This document shows, in pieces, positions 48,621-57,818 of a DNA stretch of 64,000 nucleotides (position 1 is the first letter of the stretch; each line of letters starts with the position of its first letter). The notes beneath the pieces are model-generated. The model saw only the letters and a program-made list of their open reading frames with translations, was not told where the DNA came from and did no database searches. This stretch comes from Acidimicrobiia bacterium. GTDB taxonomy: Bacteria > Actinomycetota > Acidimicrobiia > Spongiisociales > ZC4RG35. The stretch lies in NCBI GenBank assembly GCA_035544575.1, contig DATKEC010000117.1:11865-75864 (forward strand), in the 5' to 3' direction. The position numbers and the translations under genes are program-made.

Positions 48621-49826
48621 TCAACCCGAGTCGACCACGAGGCTGGGCACCGTCCGCTCGAACCAGTTGACCACGGGAACCTGCCGCTCCCGCAACCTCG
48701 GTCCGTTCAAGCTCAACAGGAACCGTTCGGTGGCAACCACCGCCTCGACCCGGGCAAGTTGATACCCCATGCAAAAGTGGCTTCCGAGGCCGAAAGCGAG
48801 ATGCCCGGCCACCCCGCCCGCGTGATACCCGGGCTTGCGTTCCGTCCCCATGAGGAGATCCTGGCGGTCCGGGTCGAAGCGCTCGGGTTCGGCAAAAATC
48901 GAGTCGTCATTGTTCGCCGAACCAAGACACACGAGCACGTTGGTGTCCGTCGGCAGTTCTCGCCCGTACCACTCGACAGGGCTGTTGGTTCGTCGGTCCT
49001 CGTAGACGATCGGGCCGTCCCTCCGCAGGGACTCCGAGAATCCGCGCTGGATGCGATCCGGATCTTCCCGGCACCGTTCCAGTTCCTCTGGATGATCCAA
49101 CAATGCCCACCAGAAGTTACGCAGGGCCATGTCCGTCGTTGGACCACCGGCCACGAGCAAGAAGCTGACGAACGAGAAGATCTCCTCATCGGTCAGTCGC
49201 TCGCCGTCGGCTTCACCGTGAACGATTCGAGAGATCAGGTCGTCGGTCGGAGCGACCCGCCGGGCGGCGACGAGCGGCGCGAGATGCCCGGCGAGGCGTC
49301 GATGCGCTCCCCGGCCGCGAGCTCGCAGCTCGGGATCGTCTTCGAGTGCCTCCAGGATCGTGTTCCCCACTTCGAAGACGAGATCGTTGTCGGCCGGGGC
49401 GAATCCGAGCAGCGCGGAGATGACTGTCAACGGAAGGCGGTTCGTCATCACGTCGACCAGGTCGCCTCCTGAAATGTACTCGGCTCCCAACAGATCGACC
49501 GAGGACTCGATGAACGGGCGGTAGGCCTCGAGACTCCGGCCAACGAAGGCTGGTGCGACGATGGTGCGTTCGCGGATGTGGCGTGGTCCGTCCAACTCTG
49601 CCAGCGTGCGTCCGAAGACCGGTCGGAATCGCTCCTGATACGTGCGAGTCGAATAGGTCCCGTGGTCACCCAGCACCGTCACCACGTCCTCGAAGCGCGA
49701 CAGTATCCATCGGTCGGCCGCTTCGTCGTAGAAGAGGGGGTGTTCTTCACGGAGACGACGCCAGGTGGGGAAGGGATTCCGAAGATACTCGTCACTCCGC
49801 AGGGCGTCACCGACTGAGACGGTCAC
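48621..49826 (-). CDS. Cytochrome P450.
   Basis: Heme-binding motif FGLGSHFCMGYQLA. A probable GTG start at 49826 forms a GTGA overlap with the upstream RhaM-like gene. ATG 49853 is the alternative. Confidence 0.85.
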   Translation of the reverse strand: MTVSVGDALRSDEYLRNPFPTWRRLREEHPLFYDEAADRWILSRFEDVVTVLGDHGTYSTRTYQERFRPVFGRTLAELDGPRHIRERTIVAPAFVGRSLEAYRPFIESSVDLLGAEYISGGDLVDVMTNRLPLTVISALLGFAPADNDLVFEVGNTILEALEDDPELRARGRGAHRRLAGHLAPLVAARRVAPTDDLISRIVHGEADGERLTDEEIFSFVSFLLVAGGPTTDMALRNFWWALLDHPEELERCREDPDRIQRGFSESLRRDGPIVYEDRRTNSPVEWYGRELPTDTNVLVCLGSANNDDSIFAEPERFDPDRQDLLMGTERKPGYHAGGVAGHLAFGLGSHFCMGYQLARVEAVVATERFLLSLNGPRLRERQVPVVNWFERTVPSLVVDSG

Positions 49827-50161
49827 GGCTCCACCTCGTCCAGGTGCCAGCATTCGGCATACTCGAAGAGGTTTCCCGATTCGTCGGTCATCCGGGCGAT
49901 GTACGGCTCCATCACGCGGTTCCATCGATCGGTGACCCCCGTATATCTGTCGGCCATTCTCCGACGCACCGTGGCGACGTCCGGGTCACACACGCAGGTG
50001 CAGATCACGTGCGGCCCTCTCCGAAAGAGGGTGTAGTCGCGATATCCCGCGTCGAGGATCGCCGCCGCGAGCTCCGGCCAGATCTCCCGGTGCATCCGGT
50101 CGTACTCCTCCTCGGTCCCGGGGACCAAATCGAAGGTGAAACAGAGCCGCTCCACTGTCAA
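49823..50161 (-). CDS. L-rhamnose mutarotase (RhaM/YiiL) family protein.
   Basis: 112 aa. The segment EEYDRMHREIWPELAAAILDAGYRDYTLF parallels the RhaM segment [30 protein letters not shown]. Confidence 0.65.
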   Translation of the reverse strand: MTVERLCFTFDLVPGTEEEYDRMHREIWPELAAAILDAGYRDYTLFRRGPHVICTCVCDPDVATVRRRMADRYTGVTDRWNRVMEPYIARMTDESGNLFEYAECWHLDEVEP

Positions 50162-51222
50162 ACCACCTCCTCGAACGCGCCGGACGACATGCTCCGGTAG
50201 GCGGCTTCGAGCAGCTCGACGGTTCGGGCGCCGAGTTCAACCGGCGACCGGTTCACCGCCTCAGGGCGGCCCTGGACAAGATCGAGCAGGGTGTCGACCG
50301 GCCCTTTGCAGTGGTACGCACCTGCGTCCGGCGGGAGCTCGATCTCCACGGGTCCGCGGTCGACTGTCCACATCCACAGCCGGTCGCGCTCGAGATCGGC
50401 GTGCATCTGGCCCTCGGAACCGAACACCCGGATCTCGTATTGGTGCCGATCGTTCTGTACGCCGCTGTGGTAGGACGCCCCGCTCACTGCACCTGTCGCA
50501 CCTCCGCGGAAGCGGACGGCGAATGCATCGTGTAACTCGACCGGGGCTCCAGGCGGGGACGAACCAAGCCCGAACACGCCTTCCGCCTTCAGGCCCGTCA
50601 CTCCCAGAGCCCACCCGAGAATGTGGCTCAACTGCGCCTGGGCATAACCTCCCCCGGACATCGTCGGATCGGTCCAGGTCCGCGTGTCGACGACTTCCTC
50701 GGTCGGACCGGCGGAGTGCAGCGAGGAACCCTCGAGCAGCTGACGGGTGCCCGATGCCATGTGCACCTGGAGGTGTTCGATCGTTCCAACGCCTCCGTCC
50801 TCCCAGAGCCGCTGCGCTTCCACGAACGTCGGCAAGTAGTTCCAGCCGAATGACACCACGACATGTCGGCCCACCTCTTCCGCGCGCTGGGCGATGTCCC
50901 ATGCCTCTTCGGGCTTGATCGTGACTGGCTTCTCCAACAACACGTGTGCCCCTGCCTCCAGGGCGGCCATCGCATGCTCATGGTGGAAAGCAGCAGGACT
51001 CGACACCACACAGAGGTCGACACCCGCATCCAACACGTCCGCGTAATCCTCGCTCGCCACTGCGAAACCGAACCGATCGGCGACATGTTGCGCCTCCTCG
51101 AGCCCAAGCCGGCAAACACCCACCAGCTCGATCTCGTCGCTCCTCTCCAGCAATGTGGGAATGTGAGACACCTGCGCCCACACGCCTGCTCCAACCACAC
51201 CGACGCGGACTCTGGAAGTCAT
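50158..51222 (-). CDS. Gfo/Idh/MocA-family NAD(P)-dependent oxidoreductase.
   Basis: N-terminal motifs VRVGVVGAGVWAQVSHIPTL and EKPV. Confidence 0.85.
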   Translation of the reverse strand: MTSRVRVGVVGAGVWAQVSHIPTLLERSDEIELVGVCRLGLEEAQHVADRFGFAVASEDYADVLDAGVDLCVVSSPAAFHHEHAMAALEAGAHVLLEKPVTIKPEEAWDIAQRAEEVGRHVVVSFGWNYLPTFVEAQRLWEDGGVGTIEHLQVHMASGTRQLLEGSSLHSAGPTEEVVDTRTWTDPTMSGGGYAQAQLSHILGWALGVTGLKAEGVFGLGSSPPGAPVELHDAFAVRFRGGATGAVSGASYHSGVQNDRHQYEIRVFGSEGQMHADLERDRLWMWTVDRGPVEIELPPDAGAYHCKGPVDTLLDLVQGRPEAVNRSPVELGARTVELLEAAYRSMSSGAFEEVV

Positions 51223-52070
51223 CGGTCCACCTCACTCAGAATCTCCCGTAGCAACTGGCCGAGCCGGCCACTCTCCGCCACGTTGTCCGTCATGTCGCAT
51301 CCCCACTTCTCCATCCACACGAACTCGCTGGCGAGGTAGCCGGAGTAACCGGACTCGACAAGACCGGTCACGAGGCTGCGAAAATCGATGCGATTCTCCG
51401 GGAGCCTGGTCTGCATCACCCCATGGCCACCCGGCCGCAGCTGCACGTGACGAACGCGGTCAGCGAGTGTCAGCATCGACGCGACGTCTGTGCCCAGAAA
51501 TGCGAAGTGTCCGGGATCAAGCGTGACGGTCAGACCCGGACAGAGGTCCAGCAAATCGCGGGTGGCCTCGGGCGTCTCGATACACGACCCGACGTGCGGT
51601 TCGACCGACACTGCCAGCCCTCGTTCGGCTCCCAGCCCGACCAGGGGTGCGAGGCCCGCAGCCGCGAGGGCGATCGCCATGTGCTGCGACTGGTTGTCGG
51701 AGACCACCCCGGGAAGGAGTGTGATTCCAGGTGCGTTCGTCGCGGAGGCGAACTCGACTGTCGCCGCGAATATCTCTTGTAACTCGGCCTGGTCGCCAGC
51801 GTTGCGGCTGGTCGGCGTCAGTCGTGTCAAATCCAGGCTCGCCGTGAGAAAAACGTCTGCCACCACCAGCCCGTGCTGTTCCACGGACCGACAGAGACTC
51901 TCCGCTCGCCGTTGGGGATTCTCCCGTACCGAAGCGAGGGTGACATGCGTGGCATCGGCGAACAGCCCCACGTCGATGGCGCCGAACCCCAGGTCGGCGA
52001 TGATCGCCATCACCACCGTATGGCTCAACGTCGGCCAGGCATAGTCGTTACAGCTCAGTTGGATCGACAT
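51219..52070 (-). CDS. Sugar-phosphate isomerase/epimerase (xylose-isomerase-like TIM barrel) family protein.
   Basis: 283 aa with the family pattern. ATGA overlap with the downstream gene. Confidence 0.7.
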   Translation of the reverse strand: MSIQLSCNDYAWPTLSHTVVMAIIADLGFGAIDVGLFADATHVTLASVRENPQRRAESLCRSVEQHGLVVADVFLTASLDLTRLTPTSRNAGDQAELQEIFAATVEFASATNAPGITLLPGVVSDNQSQHMAIALAAAGLAPLVGLGAERGLAVSVEPHVGSCIETPEATRDLLDLCPGLTVTLDPGHFAFLGTDVASMLTLADRVRHVQLRPGGHGVMQTRLPENRIDFRSLVTGLVESGYSGYLASEFVWMEKWGCDMTDNVAESGRLGQLLREILSEVDR

Positions 52071-52130
52071 AGGTCCTTCCCTTCGTGCGGATCAGTGGAC
52101 CAGAGGAGGATCGATCGAAACTGCGCGGCG

Positions 52131-54200
52131 TCATCGGTCGCTCACGCCCGTCGCGGCTGCATACAAGCGCGCGGCGTCGTCGGCGAAGTGGCAAGCGACG
52201 GCATGCTTGGCGCCCGGGTCGAGCTCCGGCCGTTCGGTCTCGCAACGGGATTCGGCCAGCGGACAGCGGAGGCGGAACGCGCAGCCGGTCGTCAGCGTCG
52301 AGTGATCCACGTACTCGTCTCGTATGGTCATTCGCCGCCGGCTCCTCTCCAACAGAGGATCCGGGACGGGTACTGCCGCGATGAGCGCCTGGGTGTACGG
52401 ATGGCGCGGCCGGTAGAAGAGGTCGTCCGCCGACGCAGACTCCACGACTCGACCGCCGTACATCACGACGACCCGGTCGCACACGTGCCTCACCATCGAC
52501 AGGTCGTGCGAGATGTAGAGGTACGCGAAGCCGTGCTCCCTCTGTAACGCGCTCAGAAGGTTGAGAATCTGACCACGGGCAGACATGTCGAGCGACGCGA
52601 CCGCCTCGTCGGCGATGATGAGCCTGGGGCGGGTCGCAAGCGCCCGGGCGATCGCCACCCGCTGACGCTGGCCACCCGACAACTCGGCCGGACGCCTCCC
52701 AGACATGTCGGGCTGCAAGCCGACGTCCTCGAGAAGCGCCGCCACCTGCTGACGGTATCGCGACGGTCTCCCGCCGTCACGAAGCACCAGCGGCTCGCTG
52801 ATGATCTCCTCGATGTCCATCAGCGGATTGAGACTGTCACCCGGGTCCTGGAACACGAACTGAGCAAACCCGACCGGCAATGCGTCGACTTCGACCAGAC
52901 CCTCCGGTGAATCGATCGTCGTCCGGCCCTCGGTCGCCTCCTCCAACCCGATGAGTATCCGGGCGAGCGTCGTCTTTCCCGACCCCGACTCACCCACCAC
53001 GCCGACCGACTCGCCTTCACCGATCGTGAGATCGACTCCGCCGACCGCCACTACGTGACCGTGAGCCCAACCGGCCCCGCGGCGTCGGAACTTCTTGACG
53101 ACTCCCTCTATCCGAACGATTGGGTCTCCTGCGCGGCGTACGGCTGACGAGATGTTCACCGACACTGCCCCACGGGCGCTGCCGTCTATGTGTCCTTCGA
53201 GCGGGAAGTGACAGGCAACCAGCCCACCGTCGAAGCTGGCATGCAGCACCGGTGTCTCTCGCCGGCAGATCTCACGTCCCGCCCCGACCGGACAGCGAGG
53301 CTCGAACACGCACCCCTGGCGAGGCTTCGTGAGGTCGGGGAGGGTTCCAGGGATGCTCCCCAATAGTTCCGACCGGTCGTCCCACAGGCTGGGGATCGAT
53401 CCCAACAGTGCCCGGGTGTACGGATGGCGGGCTCTCGAGTACACCTCTTCGACCGGTCCGACCTCCACCACTTCGCCCGCATACAGCACGGTGACGCCGT
53501 CGGCGAAGCGCGCGACGAGGCCGAGGTCGTGGGTGATCAGAAGGGTGCTCATCTCGCCCGTTTCGCCCAGCCGGCCGATCAAGTCGATAACGGTCGCCTG
53601 AGTGGTGACGTCGAGGGCGCTGGTCGGCTCGTCAGCCACCAGCACGGCGGGGTGCCCGGCGAGGGCAGACGCGATCATCGCTCGCTGCCGCATCCCGCCT
53701 GAGAGTTCGTGGGGGTACTGGCGGACGACCAGCTCCGGACGCGGGATCTCGACGTCCCGAAGCAATGCCACGACGTCGTTGCGAATCCGGTCACGGGGGG
53801 ATATCCCGTGTACGCGAAGCACCTCGGCGATTTGGCTTCCCACCGTACGAACCGGATCGAAAGCCGCCTTGGCGTCCTGGAAGACCATCGCCAGTGTCTT
53901 GCCCCTCACCTTCCGCATGCCGGCGCGGTCTTCGAGATTCACCGCCCGTCCGTCGACGGCGACGCGGCGATAGTCGAAGCGACTGTTGCGGGGCAGCAGA
54001 CCGAGAAGCGCCAGCCCTAACGTGCTCTTGCCCGATCCCGACTCGCCCACGATCGCCATGCGGTGGCCTGCGGGAACCGACACCGACACGTCGTCCAGTG
54101 CCCGCAACCATCTTCCGCCGATGTTGTAGGAGACCGAGAGTCCCTCGATCTCCAGGCTGCCGCGCTTCAGCGTGACATCGATCGGAACAGGAAAGGTCAC
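52131..54200 (-). CDS. Fused tandem ABC ATP-binding protein (two NBDs, DppD-DppF fusion type).
   Basis: Two Walker A sites (GESGSGKSTL and [10 protein letters not shown]) and two signature motifs (LSGGMRQR and LSGGQRQR) in 689 aa. Confidence 0.9.
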   Translation of the reverse strand: MTFPVPIDVTLKRGSLEIEGLSVSYNIGGRWLRALDDVSVSVPAGHRMAIVGESGSGKSTLGLALLGLLPRNSRFDYRRVAVDGRAVNLEDRAGMRKVRGKTLAMVFQDAKAAFDPVRTVGSQIAEVLRVHGISPRDRIRNDVVALLRDVEIPRPELVVRQYPHELSGGMRQRAMIASALAGHPAVLVADEPTSALDVTTQATVIDLIGRLGETGEMSTLLITHDLGLVARFADGVTVLYAGEVVEVGPVEEVYSRARHPYTRALLGSIPSLWDDRSELLGSIPGTLPDLTKPRQGCVFEPRCPVGAGREICRRETPVLHASFDGGLVACHFPLEGHIDGSARGAVSVNISSAVRRAGDPIVRIEGVVKKFRRRGAGWAHGHVVAVGGVDLTIGEGESVGVVGESGSGKTTLARILIGLEEATEGRTTIDSPEGLVEVDALPVGFAQFVFQDPGDSLNPLMDIEEIISEPLVLRDGGRPSRYRQQVAALLEDVGLQPDMSGRRPAELSGGQRQRVAIARALATRPRLIIADEAVASLDMSARGQILNLLSALQREHGFAYLYISHDLSMVRHVCDRVVVMYGGRVVESASADDLFYRPRHPYTQALIAAVPVPDPLLERSRRRMTIRDEYVDHSTLTTGCAFRLRCPLAESRCETERPELDPGAKHAVACHFADDAARLYAAATGVSDR

Positions 54201-55060
54201 ATCCCACCCACCGAGCTGTCCAGCCTGCGATCCGTCCCGTAGAGGCGACGCAGACCCTCACCGATCAGGATGTAGCCACCGGCGACGATCGTGATGCAGA
54301 TCCCTGGACCGACCCCGTACAGCGGCGCTTGGTACACCACGCCGTACGCCGACCGCAGCATGTTCCCCCAACTGGGATATGGCGGCTGGGCGCCAAGGCC
54401 GAGGAAGCTGAGCGACGCGGAGATCAGCACGGCCGCCGACGCCAGCACGCTGGCTGCCACGAACAGCGTCGGCAGCGAGTTCGGAAGGATGTGCCGGCGC
54501 AGAATGTGCAGGCGCGACCCGCCCGAGATCCGACTCGCCTCGACGTTGCCACGATTCCGCAGGACGAGCCCCGTACCGCGACTGAAACGGGCCATGGAGG
54601 GCGTCATCACGAGGGCGATAGCCAGGATCTGGACCGCCTGTCCGCGTCCCAGGATCACGATCAAGAAGAGCGCGAGGACGATGGTCGGGAAGGAAAGGAG
54701 CACGTCGACCACACGCATCATCACAGTGTCAGTCCTGCCCCCGGTGTATCCGGCGAACAGTCCGAACGCGGTGCCGACGGTGAATGCCAGGAACGCCGAA
54801 GCGACGCTCACGACGATATCGGTCCTCGCCGCGTACAACGTTCGGCTCAGCAGATCTCGGCCCACCTCGTCGGTCCCGAGCAGGTGCGTCGCTGAAGGAC
54901 CGAGCAGCGGGATCGCCTCGATCGCGAACGGGTCGTAAGGAGCCACGAGACCCGGCACCACCGCCACGACCAGAAACGGCATCAAGAGCAAGGCTCCGAT
55001 GAGCAGCGGCCGGGGGGCCCGACGCAGTAGGCCAAGCAGACGACCGAGACGGGTCGTCAC
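54197..55060 (-). CDS. Dpp/Opp-type ABC permease (DppC-like), operon 3.
   Basis: 287 aa with TM segments. ATGA overlaps on both sides. Confidence 0.85.
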   Translation of the reverse strand: MTTRLGRLLGLLRRAPRPLLIGALLLMPFLVVAVVPGLVAPYDPFAIEAIPLLGPSATHLLGTDEVGRDLLSRTLYAARTDIVVSVASAFLAFTVGTAFGLFAGYTGGRTDTVMMRVVDVLLSFPTIVLALFLIVILGRGQAVQILAIALVMTPSMARFSRGTGLVLRNRGNVEASRISGGSRLHILRRHILPNSLPTLFVAASVLASAAVLISASLSFLGLGAQPPYPSWGNMLRSAYGVVYQAPLYGVGPGICITIVAGGYILIGEGLRRLYGTDRRLDSSVGGM

Positions 55061-56109
55061 GTCGGCCGCCTCGTCCGCGGGTCGAGCAGCTGATAGAGCA
55101 AGTCGACGACGAAAGCCACAACGACGTAGGTGACGGCGGTGAGCAGCACAATGGCGGCGACCGTGTTGTAGTCCTTGACGCGGACGCTGTCCACGAGGAG
55201 CAGTCCGAGCCCAGGCCAGCTGAACACCGATTCGACGATCACCAGACCGCTGATCATCGATCCGACCACCAGACCCACCACTGTGATCGTCGGTAGCACG
55301 GCATTCGGAAGGACGTGACCGTAGACGACGGCGCGTTCGCTCAAACCTCGCGCGTGCGCGGCCGTCACGAACGCCATCGAGGTGGCGTCCTCCAGACCCG
55401 CGTGGAGGTACCGGAAGAACAGCGCCATCTGCGGCAGCGCCAGTGTCACTGCCGGCAGGATGAGGAATCTGAGGTTCCGCGCCGGGTCAAGCTGGGCGGG
55501 CACGTACCCGGCCGACGGAAGCCAGTTGAGCAGGGCGGCCAGCGGTATGACCAGGAGCAGACCGAGCCAGAACGGCGGGATCACCAGGAGCACCGTGGTC
55601 GAGAACTGGATCGCGGCCCGCAGAGGGCGCCAACGGGTCCGATACGCGAGGATCGAAGCCGCCAGCGCGAGAACCACGCCAAGGACGATCGCCACCACCG
55701 AGAGTTGGAGCGTGGCCGGAAGCCGATCTGCGATGACCTGCCCGGTCTCGAGGCCCTGATATGTCAATCCGAAATCGCCGGTGGCGGCGTTCTTGACCCA
55801 CACCGCGTACTGGTACCACAGCGGCTTGTCCAAGCCGAGTTGCCGACTCAGCGTCTCGGTCAGCTCTGCCCGCTGCTCGGGCGAGAAGTTCGGAAGGGGG
55901 CCGATTCGAGCGTCGACGACGCTGCCGGGTAGCGCGTTTAGGAGGAGAAAAGTGAGTACCGAAACCGCCACGAGCACAGCCAGGAGTTGGCCGAGTTGCG
56001 CGGCGACCGCCACGAGTCGCGCCCTCACTCTGGAGGGCGCGACGTCGTTGGCGTCTAGAGGTGGACTCGGTGAGGTGTCAGCGGTCACGCAAAGGCAGCT
56101 CGATGCCAC
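55057..56109 (-). CDS. Dpp/Opp-type ABC permease (DppB-like), operon 3. Start uncertain (GTG 56109 or GTG 56028).
   Basis: Permease core with TM helices. The annotated start overlaps the SBP 3' end by 25 nt. Confidence 0.75.
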   Translation of the reverse strand: MASSCLCVTADTSPSPPLDANDVAPSRVRARLVAVAAQLGQLLAVLVAVSVLTFLLLNALPGSVVDARIGPLPNFSPEQRAELTETLSRQLGLDKPLWYQYAVWVKNAATGDFGLTYQGLETGQVIADRLPATLQLSVVAIVLGVVLALAASILAYRTRWRPLRAAIQFSTTVLLVIPPFWLGLLLVIPLAALLNWLPSAGYVPAQLDPARNLRFLILPAVTLALPQMALFFRYLHAGLEDATSMAFVTAAHARGLSERAVVYGHVLPNAVLPTITVVGLVVGSMISGLVIVESVFSWPGLGLLLVDSVRVKDYNTVAAIVLLTAVTYVVVAFVVDLLYQLLDPRTRRPT

Positions 56110-57713
56110 TCGACGTCACCGAAGCCATTGGCGATGACTCCGCTCAGGTCCTCGGGCAGGACAAGCGACACCGGCGCACCGAAACCGAAGTAGGCGATCA
56201 CGTCTTCGACGATGGTACGTTCCGCTTCGGCCAGCAGACCGTCGATCTCGGGCGCATCGAACGGCGTGGCGTTGATCTCTCGGTAGAGCTCCGCCACGTG
56301 GGGGACGACGTCGCCCTCCGTATACGCGCTGAGGATCGACGACGGGTTCACCAGGTAGTCGAAGAAGTTCTTGCTCGGGAACGGCAGGTTGCCCGCGTTG
56401 AACGTGATTCCCTCCCAGGTCCCGTTGGTGTACGTCCTTTCGAGCCAGTCACCCGCTTCGGCGACCTCGACCTCGCACGTGATCCCCGCCTCCTGGAATC
56501 CCTGCTGCAGCACCTGGGCGGCTGAGATGCCGTCGTCATAGCCGGCGATGCAGAGGATGGGAACCGAAATGTCTGTCCTGCCCAACTCCTCGAGCAGTTC
56601 TCGTGTGCGCGCAGGGTTGTACTCCACGTCGGCGTCGATCCCGGAGTTCTGCGGGTACAGCTTGAACGGGTTCCAGCTGTGGGTTCCCTTCCCGCGGAAC
56701 GAGGCGTTGTTGAGCGCCTCGAGATCGAAACTGTGGCGCAGTGCGGCACGCACGGCCGGATCATCGAGGGGCTCCTTGCCCATCTGAATGATCCACCAAT
56801 AGGCGTAGGTGGCGGCCGTCTCGAGCGTTTTGCCCGGCACGTCGGAGACCGCATCCACGTTCCCCGGCGCGACGTCGTACAGCGCATCGACTTGTCCGCT
56901 GCGCAGACCCGTGCTGGCCGTCGACGGATCCGCGAAGAATGCGAAGCTCAACGTCTCGATTGGTGGTTTGCCGTCCCAGTAGTCGGGGTTGGCGACGGCC
57001 TCGAGCCCGGTACCGCTTGTGAACCTGCCCAGTTTGAATGGTCCGGTGCCCAACACCTCGTTGGCGAAATTGACCCGACCGAACGACTCGTTCGGCACGA
57101 TGAGGACCGGCTGGGGGTTGACGAGGAACTCGACACGCTCGGTCGTGTTCACCTCCACCGTGTACTCATCGACGGCGACCGCCGACACCCACTGGGAAGG
57201 CGTCATGATCGGACGTCCCGCCGTGGAAGCCATCAGGGTCTCGTCGGCGCGGGCTGCGATCGAATACGCCACGTCCTGTGCGGTCAGCGGAGACCCGTCG
57301 TGGAACGTCACACCCTCACGGATCTTCAGGATGGTCTTGGTCGGATCGGACGTGTCCCACTCGGTCGCGATGCAGGGCTGCAAAGTCCCGCTGATGTCCT
57401 TCTTGATGAGCGGGTCGTAAAACACGAAGCCCATCATCTGGGACCACACGTAGCCCTGGATGGCGAACGGTGTGAGCCCGTCGATCACCGAGTTCATCCC
57501 CACAGACAGAGAAGTCTTCGCAGTGCCAGACCCGGAGGTGGTCGAAGTCGTCGTCTCGGCCGACCCTCCGGCAGCGGTGGTCGTCGTCGTCGTCGCTTCG
57601 CCGGTGTCGCCGTCGACTCCGCAGCTCGCTAGGACCAGGCCGCCCATCGACGCGGCCGACAGTCGCAGGAATCCCCTCCGACTCAGGTCGCCCCTCGTAT
57701 CACTCGATTCCAT
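56085..57713 (-). CDS. ABC substrate-binding protein, family 5, with a Tat signal and lipobox.
   Basis: Real start at 57713 with a GGAGG RBS. The signal MESSDTRGDLSRRGFLRLSAASMGGLVLASCG contains a twin-arginine motif SRRGFLRL and a LASC lipobox. Confidence 0.8.
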   Translation of the reverse strand: MESSDTRGDLSRRGFLRLSAASMGGLVLASCGVDGDTGEATTTTTTAAGGSAETTTSTTSGSGTAKTSLSVGMNSVIDGLTPFAIQGYVWSQMMGFVFYDPLIKKDISGTLQPCIATEWDTSDPTKTILKIREGVTFHDGSPLTAQDVAYSIAARADETLMASTAGRPIMTPSQWVSAVAVDEYTVEVNTTERVEFLVNPQPVLIVPNESFGRVNFANEVLGTGPFKLGRFTSGTGLEAVANPDYWDGKPPIETLSFAFFADPSTASTGLRSGQVDALYDVAPGNVDAVSDVPGKTLETAATYAYWWIIQMGKEPLDDPAVRAALRHSFDLEALNNASFRGKGTHSWNPFKLYPQNSGIDADVEYNPARTRELLEELGRTDISVPILCIAGYDDGISAAQVLQQGFQEAGITCEVEVAEAGDWLERTYTNGTWEGITFNAGNLPFPSKNFFDYLVNPSSILSAYTEGDVVPHVAELYREINATPFDAPEIDGLLAEAERTIVEDVIAYFGFGAPVSLVLPEDLSGVIANGFGDVEWHRAAFA

Positions 57714-57750
57714 GTGCCGTAACCTCCAATGCTCCGCTCCGCGACATGAC

Positions 57751-57777
57751 AACGATTCTAGGAACGTTTTCGGAACC
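57751..57777. promoter_or_regulatory. Candidate operator aacgattctaggaacgttttcggaacc upstream of operon 3.
   Basis: It contains both the CGATTCTAGG and GGAACGTTTTCGG elements seen at 3188-3230. Confidence 0.4.
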
Positions 57778-57818
57778 CCGCACCGACCGTCCAGGAATTC
57801 CTGCAGGACTCGCCGCAG

